This document shows positions 25,061 to 37,830 of a DNA stretch of 64,000 nucleotides, in pieces (within the stretch, counting starts at the first letter, position 1; every line of letters begins with the position of its first letter). The position numbers and the translations under genes were made by a program. Source of the stretch: Felis catus (taxonomy: Eukaryota); assembly GCF_018350175.1 (NCBI RefSeq), contig NC_058368.1:233308001-233372000 (forward strand), read 5' to 3'. The notes beneath the pieces were generated by a model that worked only from the letters and a program-made list of their open reading frames with translations, did not search any database and was not told the DNA's origin.

Positions 25061-25280
25061 GGGGCGCCTGGGTGGCTCAGTCGGTTAAGCGTCCGACTTC
25101 AGCTCAAGTCACGATCTCACGGTCCGTGGGTTTGAGCCCCGCGTTGGGCTCTGGGCTGATGGCTCAGAGCCTGGAGCCTGTTTCAGATTCTGTGTCTCCC
25201 TCTCTCTCTGCCCCTCCCCCGTTCATGCTCTGTCTCTCTCTGTCTCAAAAATAAATGTTAAAAAAAAAAATTAAAAAAAA
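25061..25280 (+). mobile_element. SINEC_Fc
   Basis: TSD aaaga(c/a)atgtaatgag. Confidence 0.94.
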
Positions 25281-25299
25281 AAAGAAATGTAATGAGTAT

Positions 25300-25500
25300 T
25301 ATTTTTGTTTTGTATTTTAGAGGGGGCGTGTGTGTGTGCGTGCAGGAAGGGGTAAGGGGCAGTGGGAGAGAGAATCCCAAGCAGGCTCCACACTCAGCAT
25401 GAAGCCGGACTCCGGGCTCTATCCCATGACCCTGGGATCATGACCTGAGCCAAAATCAAGACGCTGACGCTCAACTGACTGAGTTGCCCAGGCATCCCAG
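25300..25500 (-). mobile_element. CanSINE (older)
   Basis: gagaatcccaagcaggctcc...gatcatgacctgagccaaaatcaag. Confidence 0.85.
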
Positions 25501-25807
25501 GTGTGCTTATTTTTAAATCTTTGTTTTGCAATAGCGGCTAACTGAAAATATTTTCTTTCAAGATCTTTGTTAACACTTGTAACAAATATAAGGACGAAAA
25601 GTTTGTCTCCTGTTCCTTTGTTAGAGGCAGTCTCGTGGTAAGAGAAGGAATAATGAAAAAGAGGATTATGGATATAACATATGTAATTACAGAATTATGC
25701 AGAAATAACCCTGTAGTTATGAAGAAAATGGTTTCCATTGGAATGGGAACCGTTTGGTTCTTTTTAAGGGATAAAGACATAAAAGGTCATTTCTTTAAAA
25801 AAAAAAT

Positions 25808-26014
25808 CTTTTAACGTTTATTCATTTTTTGAGAGACAGAGAGAGAGAACAAGCAGGGGTGGGGCAGAGAGAGGGGGAGACACAGAATCCGAAGCAGGCT
25901 CCAGGCTCCGAGCTGTCAGCACAGAGCCCGACGCGGGGCTCGAACACATGAAACGCGAGATCATGACCTGAGCCGAAGTCTGACCCTTAACCGACCGAGC
26001 CACCCAGGCGCCCC
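25808..26014 (-). mobile_element. Felid CanSINE
   Basis: TSD aaaggtca(t/c)ttcttta. Confidence 0.93.
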
Positions 26015-26539
26015 AAAGGTCACTTCTTTAGGCAGGGTTTCGGGAGGGGCATTTGATTGGAGGGAGAAGCTTCTGAATTTTGAATCCGGAATCAATCGTG
26101 TTGTCTCCCATTGAGTGCAGATGCGTCCTCCTCCTGTCCCGTCCAGTCCCACTGGGGTCAGGTTAAAGTTTTGGGGGAAAAGAGGACATGGAGGTCGGCT
26201 GGTGGAGCAGAGAGAGCTCGGACAGGGAGCCGCTGCGATCCCGTGCTCAGACCGTGCGCCCGTGCTGAGCACTGCAGCCCACACTCCCGTGGGTCCCTGG
26301 CCTTCTGAGTCACGTGTGGTTCCCACTCGTTGGTTACGGGCCAGCTTAGCCGGCTTGAGCGTCCCACCCCTGTCAGGCATCACAAGCGATGGGTGAAGAT
26401 TCGAGTCTGGTCTTGAGAAGCAGTAAGAGCACAGCCGCAAAGAATCCAGCCCGGGTTTGAGTTCCAGCTTTTCCTCTTGCTGCCTGATGGCCTTGGGCCT
26501 CCGTTCCACCCGAATCCTCATCAGTAGCGAAGGGCTTCT

Positions 26540-26990
26540 GAAAAGTTTCCTAGGGCGGCCACAACTAAGTGCCACACAACACAAGTTTATTTTCTCATGG
26601 CTCTGGGGCCCTGGAGTCCGCAATCACTGTGTGGGCAGGGCTGCGCCCCTTGGGCGGGCCCCAGGGGAGAGTGTCCTTGCTTCTTCCAGCTTCTTGGAGG
26701 CCTGGGCTTCCCTGGTGTGCATCAAGGTCAGTCCGGTCTGTCTCCGTGTTCACATGGCTGTCATCCTTGCGCGCGCGTGTGTGTGTGTGTGTCTGTCTAT
26801 ACATGGTCATCTCCCTGTGTAAGCATTTCTGTGCCCAAATTCCCCTTTTTCCAAGGACTGAAGCCATATGGGATTGGGGCCCACCCTAACGACCTCATCT
26901 TGTCTTGACTGACTCTGGGAAGACCCTGTTTCCAAATAAGGCCATATTCACAGGCATTGGGATCGGCTTCAGGATTCAACCCACAACAGG
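26540..26990 (-). mobile_element. MLT1-type MaLR LTR
   Basis: tttattttctcatggctctggg...gacctcatcttg...tttccaaataaggcc...attcaacccacaaca. Confidence 0.75.
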
Positions 26991-27840
26991 TCGAAATGAG
27001 AATTAGTTAAAATACATAAGCCACTTGGAAAAGTCCCCAGAGCAGAGTCAGCCCACAGTCTGCAGCTGGTGGAGTGCGTGCCTCTGAGTGCAGAGAAGGA
27101 AAACCACAGCGGCAAAGCCGGGGCAGGGACAGGTGCCTGGAGGCTGCCCGGTCCTGTGCCCACTCGACCTCGCGGCTCCCTCCCCGGCCTCCAGGCCAGT
27201 CCCGCTGCCCTGCTCGCCTCTCCCCGTGACTCATCCTTGGGCGTGAAACAGCCTGAGATGTGGTGGGAGAAGAGGGTCACAAACAGCCACACAAACATGT
27301 GGGGACGGTCTGCTCTAAACGCTATGGAGAAAAAGTACCGCCTAGAATTTGTTTCCTCCACCTCTGCTGTGGGTCTAACTCCTCCCCCATCGTGACCATC
27401 CTTCCTCCAACCAGAATCAGATCCCCCTTCCCCTGTGCCTACAGTTCCCTCCTAGTCTCATTTGTCTCTCCCTGCCCTTTGTGGGTTCACCAGACATTTA
27501 TTAAAGTGCTCCCCCCGGCGCGGGGTACCCTGAAGGCGGCTGCCTAGGGAAGTGGAACAGGGCCCAGGCCTGAGGGGTGGGGGGATTGAGTGAGGCAAAT
27601 TAGTGACCAGATGATTACAGTGCGGAGCCCGCTGGCCCCCTGATGTGCAGACTCAGAATGGAGAACAGCCCAGGCCTGCCTGGGGAGTGAGAGGTTCTGT
27701 GAGCTGAAGGCTAGGCGACAGGGAGGTGGGTCTGTGCAGCGGAGAACATTCCAGGCATGGCAGGGCCACAAAGCACCCAGCAGTCTCACCAGAGGAGGCC
27801 GGACTGACTGACACTTGGTTTTAAAGCAAATTTTAATTCC

Positions 27841-28060
27841 GGGGCCCCTGGGTGCCTCAGTTAAACTTCGGACTCTTGACTTCAGCTCAGGTCATGATCT
27901 CATGGTTCATGAGCTCGAGCCCCACATTGGACTCTTTGCTGGCAGTGCAGAGACTGCTTGGGATTCTCTCTCCCTCTCTCTGTCCCTCCTCTCCTTTCTC
28001 TCTCTCTCTCTCTCTCAAATAAAAATAAACTTAAAATATTTTTTTAAAATAATTTAAAAA
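27841..28060 (+). mobile_element. CanSINE
   Basis: TSD taaagcaaattttaat. Confidence 0.9.
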
Positions 28061-28319
28061 ATTAAAGCAAATTTTAATGCTGAAATGTATATGTTTGTCA
28101 TGAAGATCATCTAGGCTAATAAATAGATACAAGATTTCTGGTTTCGCCAAGTGGAGTGAATTTGACGAATCCTGTAAGATTATAAAACCAAGTCCTTATC
28201 ATCGGAACCCTCAGTCCTCTGAGTTGTGATGTTTACCCATAGAAGCAAAGTAATGGTATTATTGGAATGACTTATCCAGTCTCATAGCTGTTGCCACAAT
28301 ACGCTGATGGTATCTCTTT

Positions 28320-28733
28320 TGTTGTTGTTGTTGTTGTTGTTTTTTAATTTTTTTCATGTTTATTTATTTTTGAGAGAGAGACAGAGCATGAGAGGGGGAG
28401 GAGCAGAGAGAGAGGGAGACACGGAATCTGAAGCAGGCTCCGGGCTCTGAGCTGTCAGCCCAGAGCCCGACGCGGGGCTCGAACTCACAAACTGTGAGAT
28501 CATGGCCTGAGCTGAAATCGGACGCGTAACCGACTGAGCCACCCAGGCGCCCTGTTGTTGTTTTAAGTTTATCTTGAGAGAGAGACAGAGAGTGAGAGAG
28601 GCAGAGAGAAAGAGAGACGGAATCCCCAGCAGGCTCCACTCTGTCCATGCAGAGCCCAACTCAGGACTCAAACTCCCGAAACCTGAGATCATGCAAAATT
28701 CGGACACTTAGCCGACCAAGCCACCCAGGCGCC
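28320..28733 (-). mobile_element. Two tandem or nested CanSINEs
   Basis: Two reverse heads ending near 28552 and 28733; tgttgttgttttt duplicated. Confidence 0.9.
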
Positions 28734-30131
28734 CTGGTGACATCTTTCAATATCTTGCTGTAGCTTTTCAAAAGTAAGAGCAAAGGAAATTTTTAAAAAA
28801 GAAACAGAAACGGGTAAAAAATTGGTCCTCTTGCAAGCTTCCCTCCCACCCCACCAGCACCAAGGTGATATTCTTCAGACCCACCTCTAGGGGGCAGCAA
28901 AGCTTGTGATATTCATTGGGTTGCGCAGTTCAGAAAGGAGATTTCTGGAGAATGGATCCTGTGCTGGCATGTACGTGGGGCGGGGAGGCAGGAGCTGTGG
29001 GAGCGTGAGGTGACAGGTGGCCCTCCTTACCTTCCTCTAAAGAAGGATTGCAGGTCTCCTGACCCTACCCAACGTGAAGGGTCGGCAGGACGCTGGCGAG
29101 AAGATGCCGGCTGGAGCCCCAGGACCCTGTCTGCCCACCCTCCCACGGCCGGGTGTGTGTGGAGGCTTGGTAAACGTCTGTTAGGTGGAAGGAAAAAGAG
29201 GAAGGAACAGCACTCGGTGTATTTTTGATGGAATTCTGAGAGAGCACGGAAGCCCTCGGTTCCCTCTAAAAACGCTGCACCCACCGGAAGACTTCGTGTT
29301 CAAGTGCAGTTAGGGGATCTGGGCTCAGTAGTGGCCGGCCAGCTAGGTGAGTTAGCCTCCAGAAGCCGAGATTTCCGCAAACTGGAGACATGCCCGGACC
29401 CTTAGGAGTCTCCGTGCAGGATGGTGGAATGAGAAACACCTTGTCAAGTGTCTGGCCAGTCCCTGGAAAGCAGGAAATGCTCAGAAAGACTGGGGGGCCG
29501 TTGTTACCGGCCATGTGTTAATGTTGCATCCCTAATTCACCTTCGTTGTTGCGACTAGCGGCGAGGGTGCACGTCCAGGGTGCACGTCAGGAACGCTCTG
29601 GAGGAGGGATGTGACTGCGTCACCGTGAACCTGTGGCAGCCGCTTTGGTTAATGAGCATCAAGGACCCTGGGCCGCGAATCCTCACTCTGTAAAACCTGC
29701 TGTTTGGAACCGTGTCAACAAGGGCGGAACGTTCCTTTATTGCCTGCAGGATCCTGAGCCACATCAGAATCCCACGGGTGATTTCGACACAAAGACGTAG
29801 CCTCCGTTTCCAACCTGGTACAGAACCCCAGCAGAGGCGGGTTTGGGCACCACCTCCCACATTTATCTTCCCTTTGAGGATCCTGAGTCGGCTTCTCAGG
29901 TCAGGCCCAACGTCAACCCTTTTACAGCCAAACCCGGTCTACATGAGTGTCCCCAATTGCAGCTTCATTCAGTCTTACCCCAGCCCACCCTTCCCCAAAT
30001 CCTCTGACCACCAGGCCACCCCTCCCTTCTGTTCCCCTGGGGACCGGTCTCCCTTGCCTCAACAGTCGGTAAGCCTAACTTCAAGTTGGTGTTCTTTGGC
30101 TGTGGGACTCCATCATAAGACATTTCACCCT

Positions 30132-30316
30132 GGGGGCACCTGGGTGGCTCAGTCGGTTGGGTGTCCAACTTTGGCTCAGGTCATGATCCCACAGTTTGTG
30201 GGTTCGAGCCCCACATCTCTGCTGTCAGCATAGAGCCTGCTTGAGATTCTCTGTCACCCCCCCTGCCCCTCCCCTGCTCGTTCTCACTCTCTCAAAAATA
30301 AACATTAAAAAAAAAT
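30132..30316 (+). mobile_element. CanSINE
   Basis: Head and tail motifs. Confidence 0.88.
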
Positions 30317-30444
30317 TTTAGGGCATTTTCCCTTAAGATATGTGTAATCCCATTTGAGATGAAAACAAGCTTTCCTGTCCCCATCCCCTGGCATCTAGTT
30401 CATACTCTGATATTTGCAAGAAACAATTTCTCTTAATAACCCTA

Positions 30445-30522
30445 TTTTTTTTTAATGTTCATTTATTTGAGAGAGAGCGCGCGCGCCCGCACATGAGCAG
30501 GGGAGGGGCAGAGAGAGAGGGA

Positions 30523-30567
<45 letters not shown>

Positions 30568-30692
30568 GCAAGCAGGTTCCACGCTGTTGGCAAAGAGCCT
30601 GATGTGGGGCTTGACCCCATGAAACGTGAGACCATGACCTGAGCCAACATCAAGAGTCAGACGCTTAACCAACTGAGCCACCCAGGCGTCCC
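30445..30692 (-). mobile_element. CanSINE with expanded (GA)n
   Basis: Reverse head ...gccacccaggcgtccc; (GA)n about 30527-30563. Confidence 0.9.
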
Positions 30693-30699
30693 AATAACT

Positions 30700-32340
30700 A
30701 CCATTTTTTACTTTTATGATGGAAAACTTTGAACGCACAAACAGAAAACATAGAAAGAACAATGTAATGAATGCATGTGAGTCTTCTTATTCAGCATGAA
30801 AAATTACCAAAATTTTCCAATCATGTTTCATCTATTCATTCCCTTTCTTTTCCTTTTTTTATTGAAAAGCTTGTAGAGAAATCCAGGCTATCATATAGTT
30901 TATTCCTAAAAACCTAAGTATACATCCACAACCCACGAACACTTTTTTTTATCTAACTAAGCTACCATCATTACAACTAACAAACTAGTAATTATTCTCT
31001 ACAATCATTTAATACCTGGTCTATATTCTAGCTTTCCTAAGCTGTCTCAAAAAATATTTCTTAACTGTTGGCTTGTTTGAGTCAGGCTCCAGACAAAGGT
31101 CACATATTACTTTTAGATGTTCTATTACTAAGCCTTAAGCCCCCTAGCTGTAACTGCCCCCTCCCCTCACCTAGTTATCATGGAATTAATTTACTGGAGA
31201 AATTAGATCACTTGCCCTGTGAAATGCCCCACACTATCGATTTGGTGTTAGCTAACTTATTCCTCTAATTGCTGTATTTTCTGTTAAATTAAACGTTAGA
31301 GGCAGAGGTTTGCTTAGATTCTTTTTTTTTTTAATTTTTTCAAATTAACATTTATTTATTATTGAGAGACAGAGAGACACAGAGCATGAGCAGGGGAGGG
31401 GCTGAGAGATGGAGAGACACAGAATCTGAAGCAGGCTTCAGGCTCCGAGCTGTCAACACAGAGCCCGACGCGGGGCTCGAACCCACAAACCGCGAGATCA
31501 TGACCTGAGCCGAAGTCAGACGCTTCACCGACGGAGCCACCCAGGCGCCCCTTTGCTTAGATTCTTAAGTTTGCTTAAGTTTTTTCAGGATGCCTGCTTC
31601 CGAGGCGGTACATTTGCTTTGTATCATATGATGCCCTGCTGTCCCCTCTTAGAGATACCTAGTAAATTGACCAGCGACTTCCTGTATTACCAGCCCAATC
31701 CATCCGGTTTTAGCGTCTCTTGGTGATTGCTGCCTAGATCCGTTATTCCACTAGGTGTTTGAGGGGGGCGGGGAGGGAGGGAGGGGATGATTTCCTAATT
31801 CTATCATCCCTTCTCCCCTTATTAGCTTGTATTTATCTACACAGAAGAGATTTCTGTCATCAACTATTTGTGTACCCTCACATAAGGTTTATACAGAAAA
31901 AAAACATACAAAAGAAAAAATGTTACTTTCCTTGCATCAATTTATAGAGTAAAAAGTTGGTCTGGTGAGGATTTTTTGTCTTAGGAAATTTACGAAGTCA
32001 TGAAATCTGTACACTGACCTGCCTCAGTCCATCCCGGTCATCCTTTTGATGCTCAAGTTGCCCCATTTTAGACCAGCGGGAAACCCTTCACCGTGGCGCC
32101 TTTGTCTTTTTGACTTGACACGTTCGCTTTTGAAACTTCCAAAGAACAGGATGCCCCAGGCTCGGACCATTTCCGGTCCCAGGCCCAGGGTCAGCTCTCT
32201 CTGTGCAACCTGGTTCCCGCAGGGTCCCGCTCCTTGCGAGAGCGGTCGGTATCAGAAAATGTCCACTTTGGGCCTCGTATAAATCCGTGTTCGTTTTTAT
32301 TCCAAAATCGGCAAGGTGAACAAACCAAAATTAAATTTAC
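30700..32340 (-). mobile_element. Old L1-like AT-rich fragments interrupted by a SINE
   Basis: AT-rich with L1M-like 3' motifs; subfamily and orientation not firmly assignable. Confidence 0.4.
31322..31551 (-). mobile_element. Felid CanSINE
   Basis: TSD tttgcttagattctt. Confidence 0.94.
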
Positions 32341-32719
32341 ATCTGAAAGTATTGATTCACGGGTCTGATGTTCAAAGCGACCAACCACAGGGACCCCCAT
32401 CAATGCAATGAGCCAGGCACCCAGGAACAACCTCGCGACAGACATGCTCTCTAAACGCACTGACAGCAGTCATGGCGTTTCACCAGGGAAGGGGCGTCCA
32501 GGAAGGTGAAGGCTCGTCCAGTCCCACCACACACTACCAGCCACGCGCACTGTGATCTGGTGATGAGTGTGGAGGACAGCAGGGACGGCCGGAGTCACAT
32601 CGCCATTGCCACTGCCAGACCCCACGGACAGGGGTTTGGAACCCAGTGCGGGCAGGGTACTCGGGCTTGCGGGAGCATCATCTCATAACCCTTTGAGTTC
32701 ATAATGCTCTGTATTTACT

Positions 32720-32967
32720 TTTTATTTCTTCAATGTTTATTTATTTATTTTGAGAGAGAAAGAGCGAGCATGGAAAGGGGAGGGACAGAGAGAGAGCAAG
32801 CCAGTGAGCATGAGCGGGGAAGAGGCAGAGAGATAGGGACAGAATCCCAAGCAGGTACCGCTCCGTCAGCACAGAGCCCAACGCGGGGCTCAATCTCGTG
32901 AATCGTGAGATCGTGACCTGAGCCAAAAAGAGTCAGACGCTCAAGCGACTGGGACACCCAGGCGTCC
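32720..32967 (-). mobile_element. CanSINE
   Basis: Reverse head and GA-rich body. Confidence 0.88.
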
Positions 32968-35900
32968 CTCACGACGCCCGTTAGAGTGGCTGGGTGCACA
33001 GTTCTCCTCCTTAGCTGGCTACAGACGTGGGTGTGTTTACACCCGTCCCTTTCACTCTCAGCCATCAAGCCAAGTAATTTTTAAGATGTCTTAAAGCCTG
33101 TGAATCAAAGCCCAGTTATGTTGAGCCACTTGAGTTACACTGACATTCAAAAACAAAATAATTGTAAAGGCTTTTAACTTTGAAATGGAGATATTAACCT
33201 TATTTGAGTTTATTTTTATTATTATTTGTTAACCTTGTTTTAAAACCTCTGCATACAGCATCAGGCTCTGTGCTTACTAGGCTGTGGCCACGCCTCTGAC
33301 GGGTCTGAAAGCCCCCAGGAGAAAACCGTTCCCTCAGGCCACTTCCTCCCCATGTGTGTCCTACACCTTTCCGCAGGACCACCCACTTGTCACCTGCACC
33401 GCAGTGAACCTGCCACATCTGGGGTCCCTCATCAGCGTAGAGAACTAGGGGCTGCTTTCTGGCCTGAAAGGTCGATGGTTTTAGGAGGGCTCACAGATCA
33501 ACATAACATTCCACGCGAGATGTGCTCAAGCCAGTGCTGGATGTGAACATCATGTAACACGCTAAGGTGACAGGACAGCCCCTTCTTTGCTCTCTCCTTC
33601 CCTGCCTCACGTTGACAGAAAGAGTTCTTTCCACCTGGCCTCCCCTGGATCCCCTCTGTCTAGACGTCAGGAGGAAGGGCGCAGGGTTCCGGCTACGTCT
33701 GGACTGGGTGCTTCCCGCACGCCCTAGAACGCCCGTGTTCCTGCAGCCCAGGCCGCCCCCAGTGCACCTGCCCCCGTCCCCTGCAGGCGGCAGAGGTCCT
33801 GGGGGCTCAGCACAGTAGGCTGCGCAGACAGTCACAGGGGCACCTGCACTCAGCCTGGGCCAGAGAACCCAAAGTCAGCCCCGGGCACCGCATAAATCCC
33901 ACGGCTGGAGTGGGACTTGGGGGTGGGGAGTATCCAGGAGGAGGCTGTCACCTGCAACACCCAGCTGAGCAGATCCCCCCCCCCCCCCCCCGCCGCCACC
34001 ACCACCACCACCCCATAGTTAACCTGTAGGCGGCGTGCACGCTTCAACTATTAATTCACTTCCTTCGAGGGTGGCTGTTCATTCCTTTCCCTTTCCGTTC
34101 TGCACAGAACTTTGCAAGTACAAGTTACAGACATGAGGGACTTAAACACATTCAACTCTCCGACTTTGTATTCCACTCGTACCTGGGATACGTTAATAGG
34201 CTCGTGGGTGGGGAAAAAGAAGGTTTTAAAGGAACTAAAACCTCGAGGTAACTGAAACTGGCGAAGTCTGTCTTACCTCTTCTTTCCTCTGCCTCTAGGC
34301 CCCTGACCTGCAGCCTCAGGGTGGTGGCCGCTCCTCGGGCTCGGACTCACCTCCTGAAACAGCGTCGCACCTCAATAGATGCCGCTAAGCCTTCTGCTGT
34401 CAACTCCAGGTCTCCTCGGACCCTCAGGAGATGCCCGCAGGGAGCCTGTGCAGCACCAGGCAGGGCTCATTCAAGGTCAGGAGTAAAAGATCCAAGGGCA
34501 GGCCTCAACCCAGATGGACCGTGGGATAAGGATAACAGGCGCTGCCTTCAAGTTCACCGTTCACTGATCTGGCAGGCACTTCTGACAGCCTGCTCCACAC
34601 TCCTCAGAAAGTTCTGGACAGGGCAGAGCTCCGCGGCCCTTGACAATTCATTCTTCTACTGACTTTCCTGCTCCTCCCACTCCTGCTCCTTCATTCATGC
34701 CCCCTGGAATACCTCCCAGATAAAGCTAGAACATTCAAGCCCGTGTCCTACATCTACCTTTAGAGCGAACCAAGCTATGGCAACTGTATTATTACTTTAT
34801 CTCGTCACCAAAGATCCGTTGGGGACCTACTGTGTGCCAACCATCTGTTGAGGACCTACTTGAGTCATCAAAGAAGAAAAAGCTGTATGTCTGTCGTCTC
34901 GCCCCCCTGAGCACTCAGTCTAGTGCATGATGAAATGTCACGTACTGAAACTAGCAACAGATTCACATCCCTAGAGCCTTGGAAAAAGATTTGGGGATGA
35001 AATTATCTCGGGGTCGGTGTGAGCTGCCTTCTCAAGCTAATTGGTGTCAGCTACTCCCACGTTCCACACTGTGTTGCTGGATCACCTACGCGAGGTGTGC
35101 AAAGTCTCATGACCAACTGGCCACCTCTGTCACATCTTTAAAAGAGGTTGGAGAGACTGAGAGAGGTAATGGATTATAAGAGTTTTTTTTTTCTTTGTGC
35201 TCCTTTTATGAGGACTCTGCCCCATGGGGGGAAGGACGAGAGACACTCTCCCTTCATACACAGGAGAGATGGTAGTGCTCTCTCTCCAAGCTCCAAGGAC
35301 ATGTCAACCTCTCAGGAGATGTCCCCTGGAGCCTGGGGACAAAGTAGACTGATGTCTGACCTTTGTCTGACTCTGCCCAAATCTTCTGTCCTGCCAGTGA
35401 AGCAAAGAAATGGCTATTTGGGCAAAGAAGGCACACGGGGTTCTCACACCTCATGTTGGGGGCCATGAGACAGAATGGTGCATTAAGTCCTGCACACAAG
35501 GACTTCCAGGGGACGCGAGTAGACCTCACAGAGAGATGCCACGTTGTGCCTTAGACTGAGAGGTCTCTAACCACCAGCATGCATAAGGAATTGCAGACAA
35601 GAGATTCCTATTAAGAGGGGGGATCAGAAGGTAGAGGGCGTCCTGAGAGATCTGCATCTGGTCCCTGCCTACCTGTCCTCCTTCACTTCCTCCAGTGTCC
35701 TCTGTGAGAAGTAAGGGAGATGCTTCATTTTCAGAAATACCAAATAAAAGCTGTGCCATTTACAACGTATTAGAAATATGCACGAAACCCCACCCCCCCT
35801 CCCCACGGAGTCCCAAACCCTAAGTCTTCTCTTCCTAGTTCTTCCCCTTTCTGCTTTGCGGGCTTATTTTCACAGGCTTTGCAATGAGCATGCGCCAAAG

Positions 35901-37263
35901 AACAGGGAGGAGGGACTGGAAGTCTCTGCGTCACCTCCGGAAATGTACATTTGCTCTAATCAGACTACCTTTTGCCTTACGGGGGCATAGGCGACTTCCG
36001 GTAAGGCTGTAACCTCTGCAGTGCTCAGCCAATGAGGAGCCAGGGGAGGGGCTGGCGAGCTAGGAGATATATTGTCTGCTGTAGCCGCAGGCTGCCTGCC
36101 TGTCCATCAGACGCCCTCTGGCAAGAACGTGCCGGGTGGCCTCCCTTGGCTGTGCTCCCAGTCCCCACAGCCGTCCTTTGACTGGTCCATGGGCTTATTT
36201 CCCACATCCCCTTCTGAGACTCCATCACCCTCTTTTCTTGCTGCCTTTGGAGCACATCAAGATTGGTCTGCCTCAGGGGCCCCACAGCTGTCCTTCCCTC
36301 TGCTTGGAAGGCACTTTCTGGAAGACTTCCACAAGTCTGGCTCCTCCTTCTCACAGTTCTGCTCCAGCATCACCTCCTCACGGAGGCTGGCCTTTGCCAG
36401 GCACCCTGCTTAAAGTACTTCCCCAGCTTTTGTCATCGTGTTGCCTTTCCCCTCCTAACTTTTATGAAATCACGAGTTTCTGCGCCCTGAACTTTAAGCC
36501 AAGGGCCTCCAGAACCAGCCTGCAGATCTAGAGACAACTTGACCCTGTTAGCAGAGGGGCGCTCGCGCTGCAACCAGGGCCGCGGATTTAATTCCCAGGA
36601 GCCTCACGCCTTCCGGGGCAACACCCTAAGTACTAGCCACATGCGGCCACGCAGCCCTCGAACTGTGGCTGGGGCCACGTGTTAAAGTGACAATGTGCTG
36701 GACACACCGAGGAAAATGAATATATTGTTACAATACATTTCACCTGTGCCTTTTTACCTTTTCAGAGGGGACCGGAAAGTTTTAAATTACGTGTGCGGCT
36801 CCCACTATGTCGCTGTTGGGCGGCGCTGCTCTATTCTCAAGTCACTGGTCTTTTCCCTTCTATCAGCGGACTGCGAGCTCCAGGTGGACGCCCGCGGCTC
36901 GGTTCAAGGTTGCACCTCCAACGCCCGCACGTAGCAGGTGCGCGGTCAAACGGCCCCACAAACGAGTGGTCTGGGTGAGGGGCCTGACGCTGCGCGGGGA
37001 AGGGTCAACGGGTTGGAAGGCGCTGATCCCAGAGGCGTCTCCCACCCGGGAACCCCGTCTGCAGCTGGGACTCCAGGGACGCACCTGCGAGGAAACACCC
37101 GGGGCTTGGCTGGGGGTGCCTGGAGGACGAAGAAGCGGGGCGGGGAAGTGGGCCGGGGAAGAGCGGAGTGGGGGAGGAGGAGGGGTGGGGTCGGAAGCGG
37201 GGAGGAGCGGGAAGGGGACGGGGAGGAGCGGTGAGGGGGAGGGGCCTGCCCCGAAGGGACGCG

Positions 37264-37276
37264 GTTTCCCGGCAAC
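37264..37276. promoter_or_regulatory. RFX X-box candidate
   Basis: GTTTCCCGGCAAC resembles the X-box consensus GTNNCC-N0-3-RGYAAC, about 80 nt upstream of the ATG of a ciliary gene. Confidence 0.7.
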
Positions 37277-37353
37277 GCCGAACGCGGGCTCCCAGCTGCC
37301 CGCAGGGCCCTCGGCGGGCGGGACCGACCGCGGGGACGCTGGACGGGGGTGGC

Positions 37354-37500
37354 ATGGAGGACGACGACGAGGAGATTACCGCCGCCACGCTGCGGATCAA
37401 GCCCCGGCCGCTGCCCCTCTCGGCGCTCTCCGCCTTCAGCTACGTCCCGCCGCGGCGCCTGGACCCCAAGGAGCACAGCTACTACTACCGCCTGGGCAAG
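37354..37500 (+). CDS. CFAP90: Cilia- and flagella-associated protein 90 (C5orf49), exon 1
   Basis: [49 protein letters not shown]; Kozak ggcATGG; donor AAG|GTGAGC. Confidence 0.93.
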
Positions 37501-37595
37501 GTGAGCCGCCCTAGGGAGGGGCTGCGCGTCTGGGCGCGGGGCGGCGAGTCGGAGGGGCTGTGGAGACTGGGAGACGGCAGGAGGAGAGGCGGGAA

Positions 37596-37830
37596 GGGGG
37601 CGGGCGGGGCTTCACTGGCCGGGAGGGGCGGGAGGGGATGGGGCGGGGCTTCACCGCCAGGGAGGAGATGATGGCGAGGGGGCATGGGGGCGGGGCTTCA
37701 CTGCCAGGGATGGGGAGGGGGGTGGGGCGGGTCTTCACCGCCCGGAAGGAGCCAATGGGGACAGGGCATGGGGGCGGGGCTTCGTTGCCAGGGAGGGGAG
37801 GGAGGGGGATGGGGCGGGGCTTCACTGAGA
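37596..37830 (+). repeat. G-rich minisatellite, 6 cores of GGGGCGGGGCTTCAC
   Basis: Cores at about 37602, 37640, 37687, 37724, 37771, 37811. Confidence 0.85.

Larger units (their letters stand above)
36540..37560. promoter_or_regulatory. CpG island promoter of CFAP90
   Basis: High CpG density around exon 1; multiple GGGCGG boxes. Confidence 0.8.

Noticed and set aside
37596..37830. Repeat-spacer pattern resembling a CRISPR array
   Set aside because: Mammalian context, degenerate repeats, mutually similar G-rich spacers and no cas genes; it is a minisatellite.
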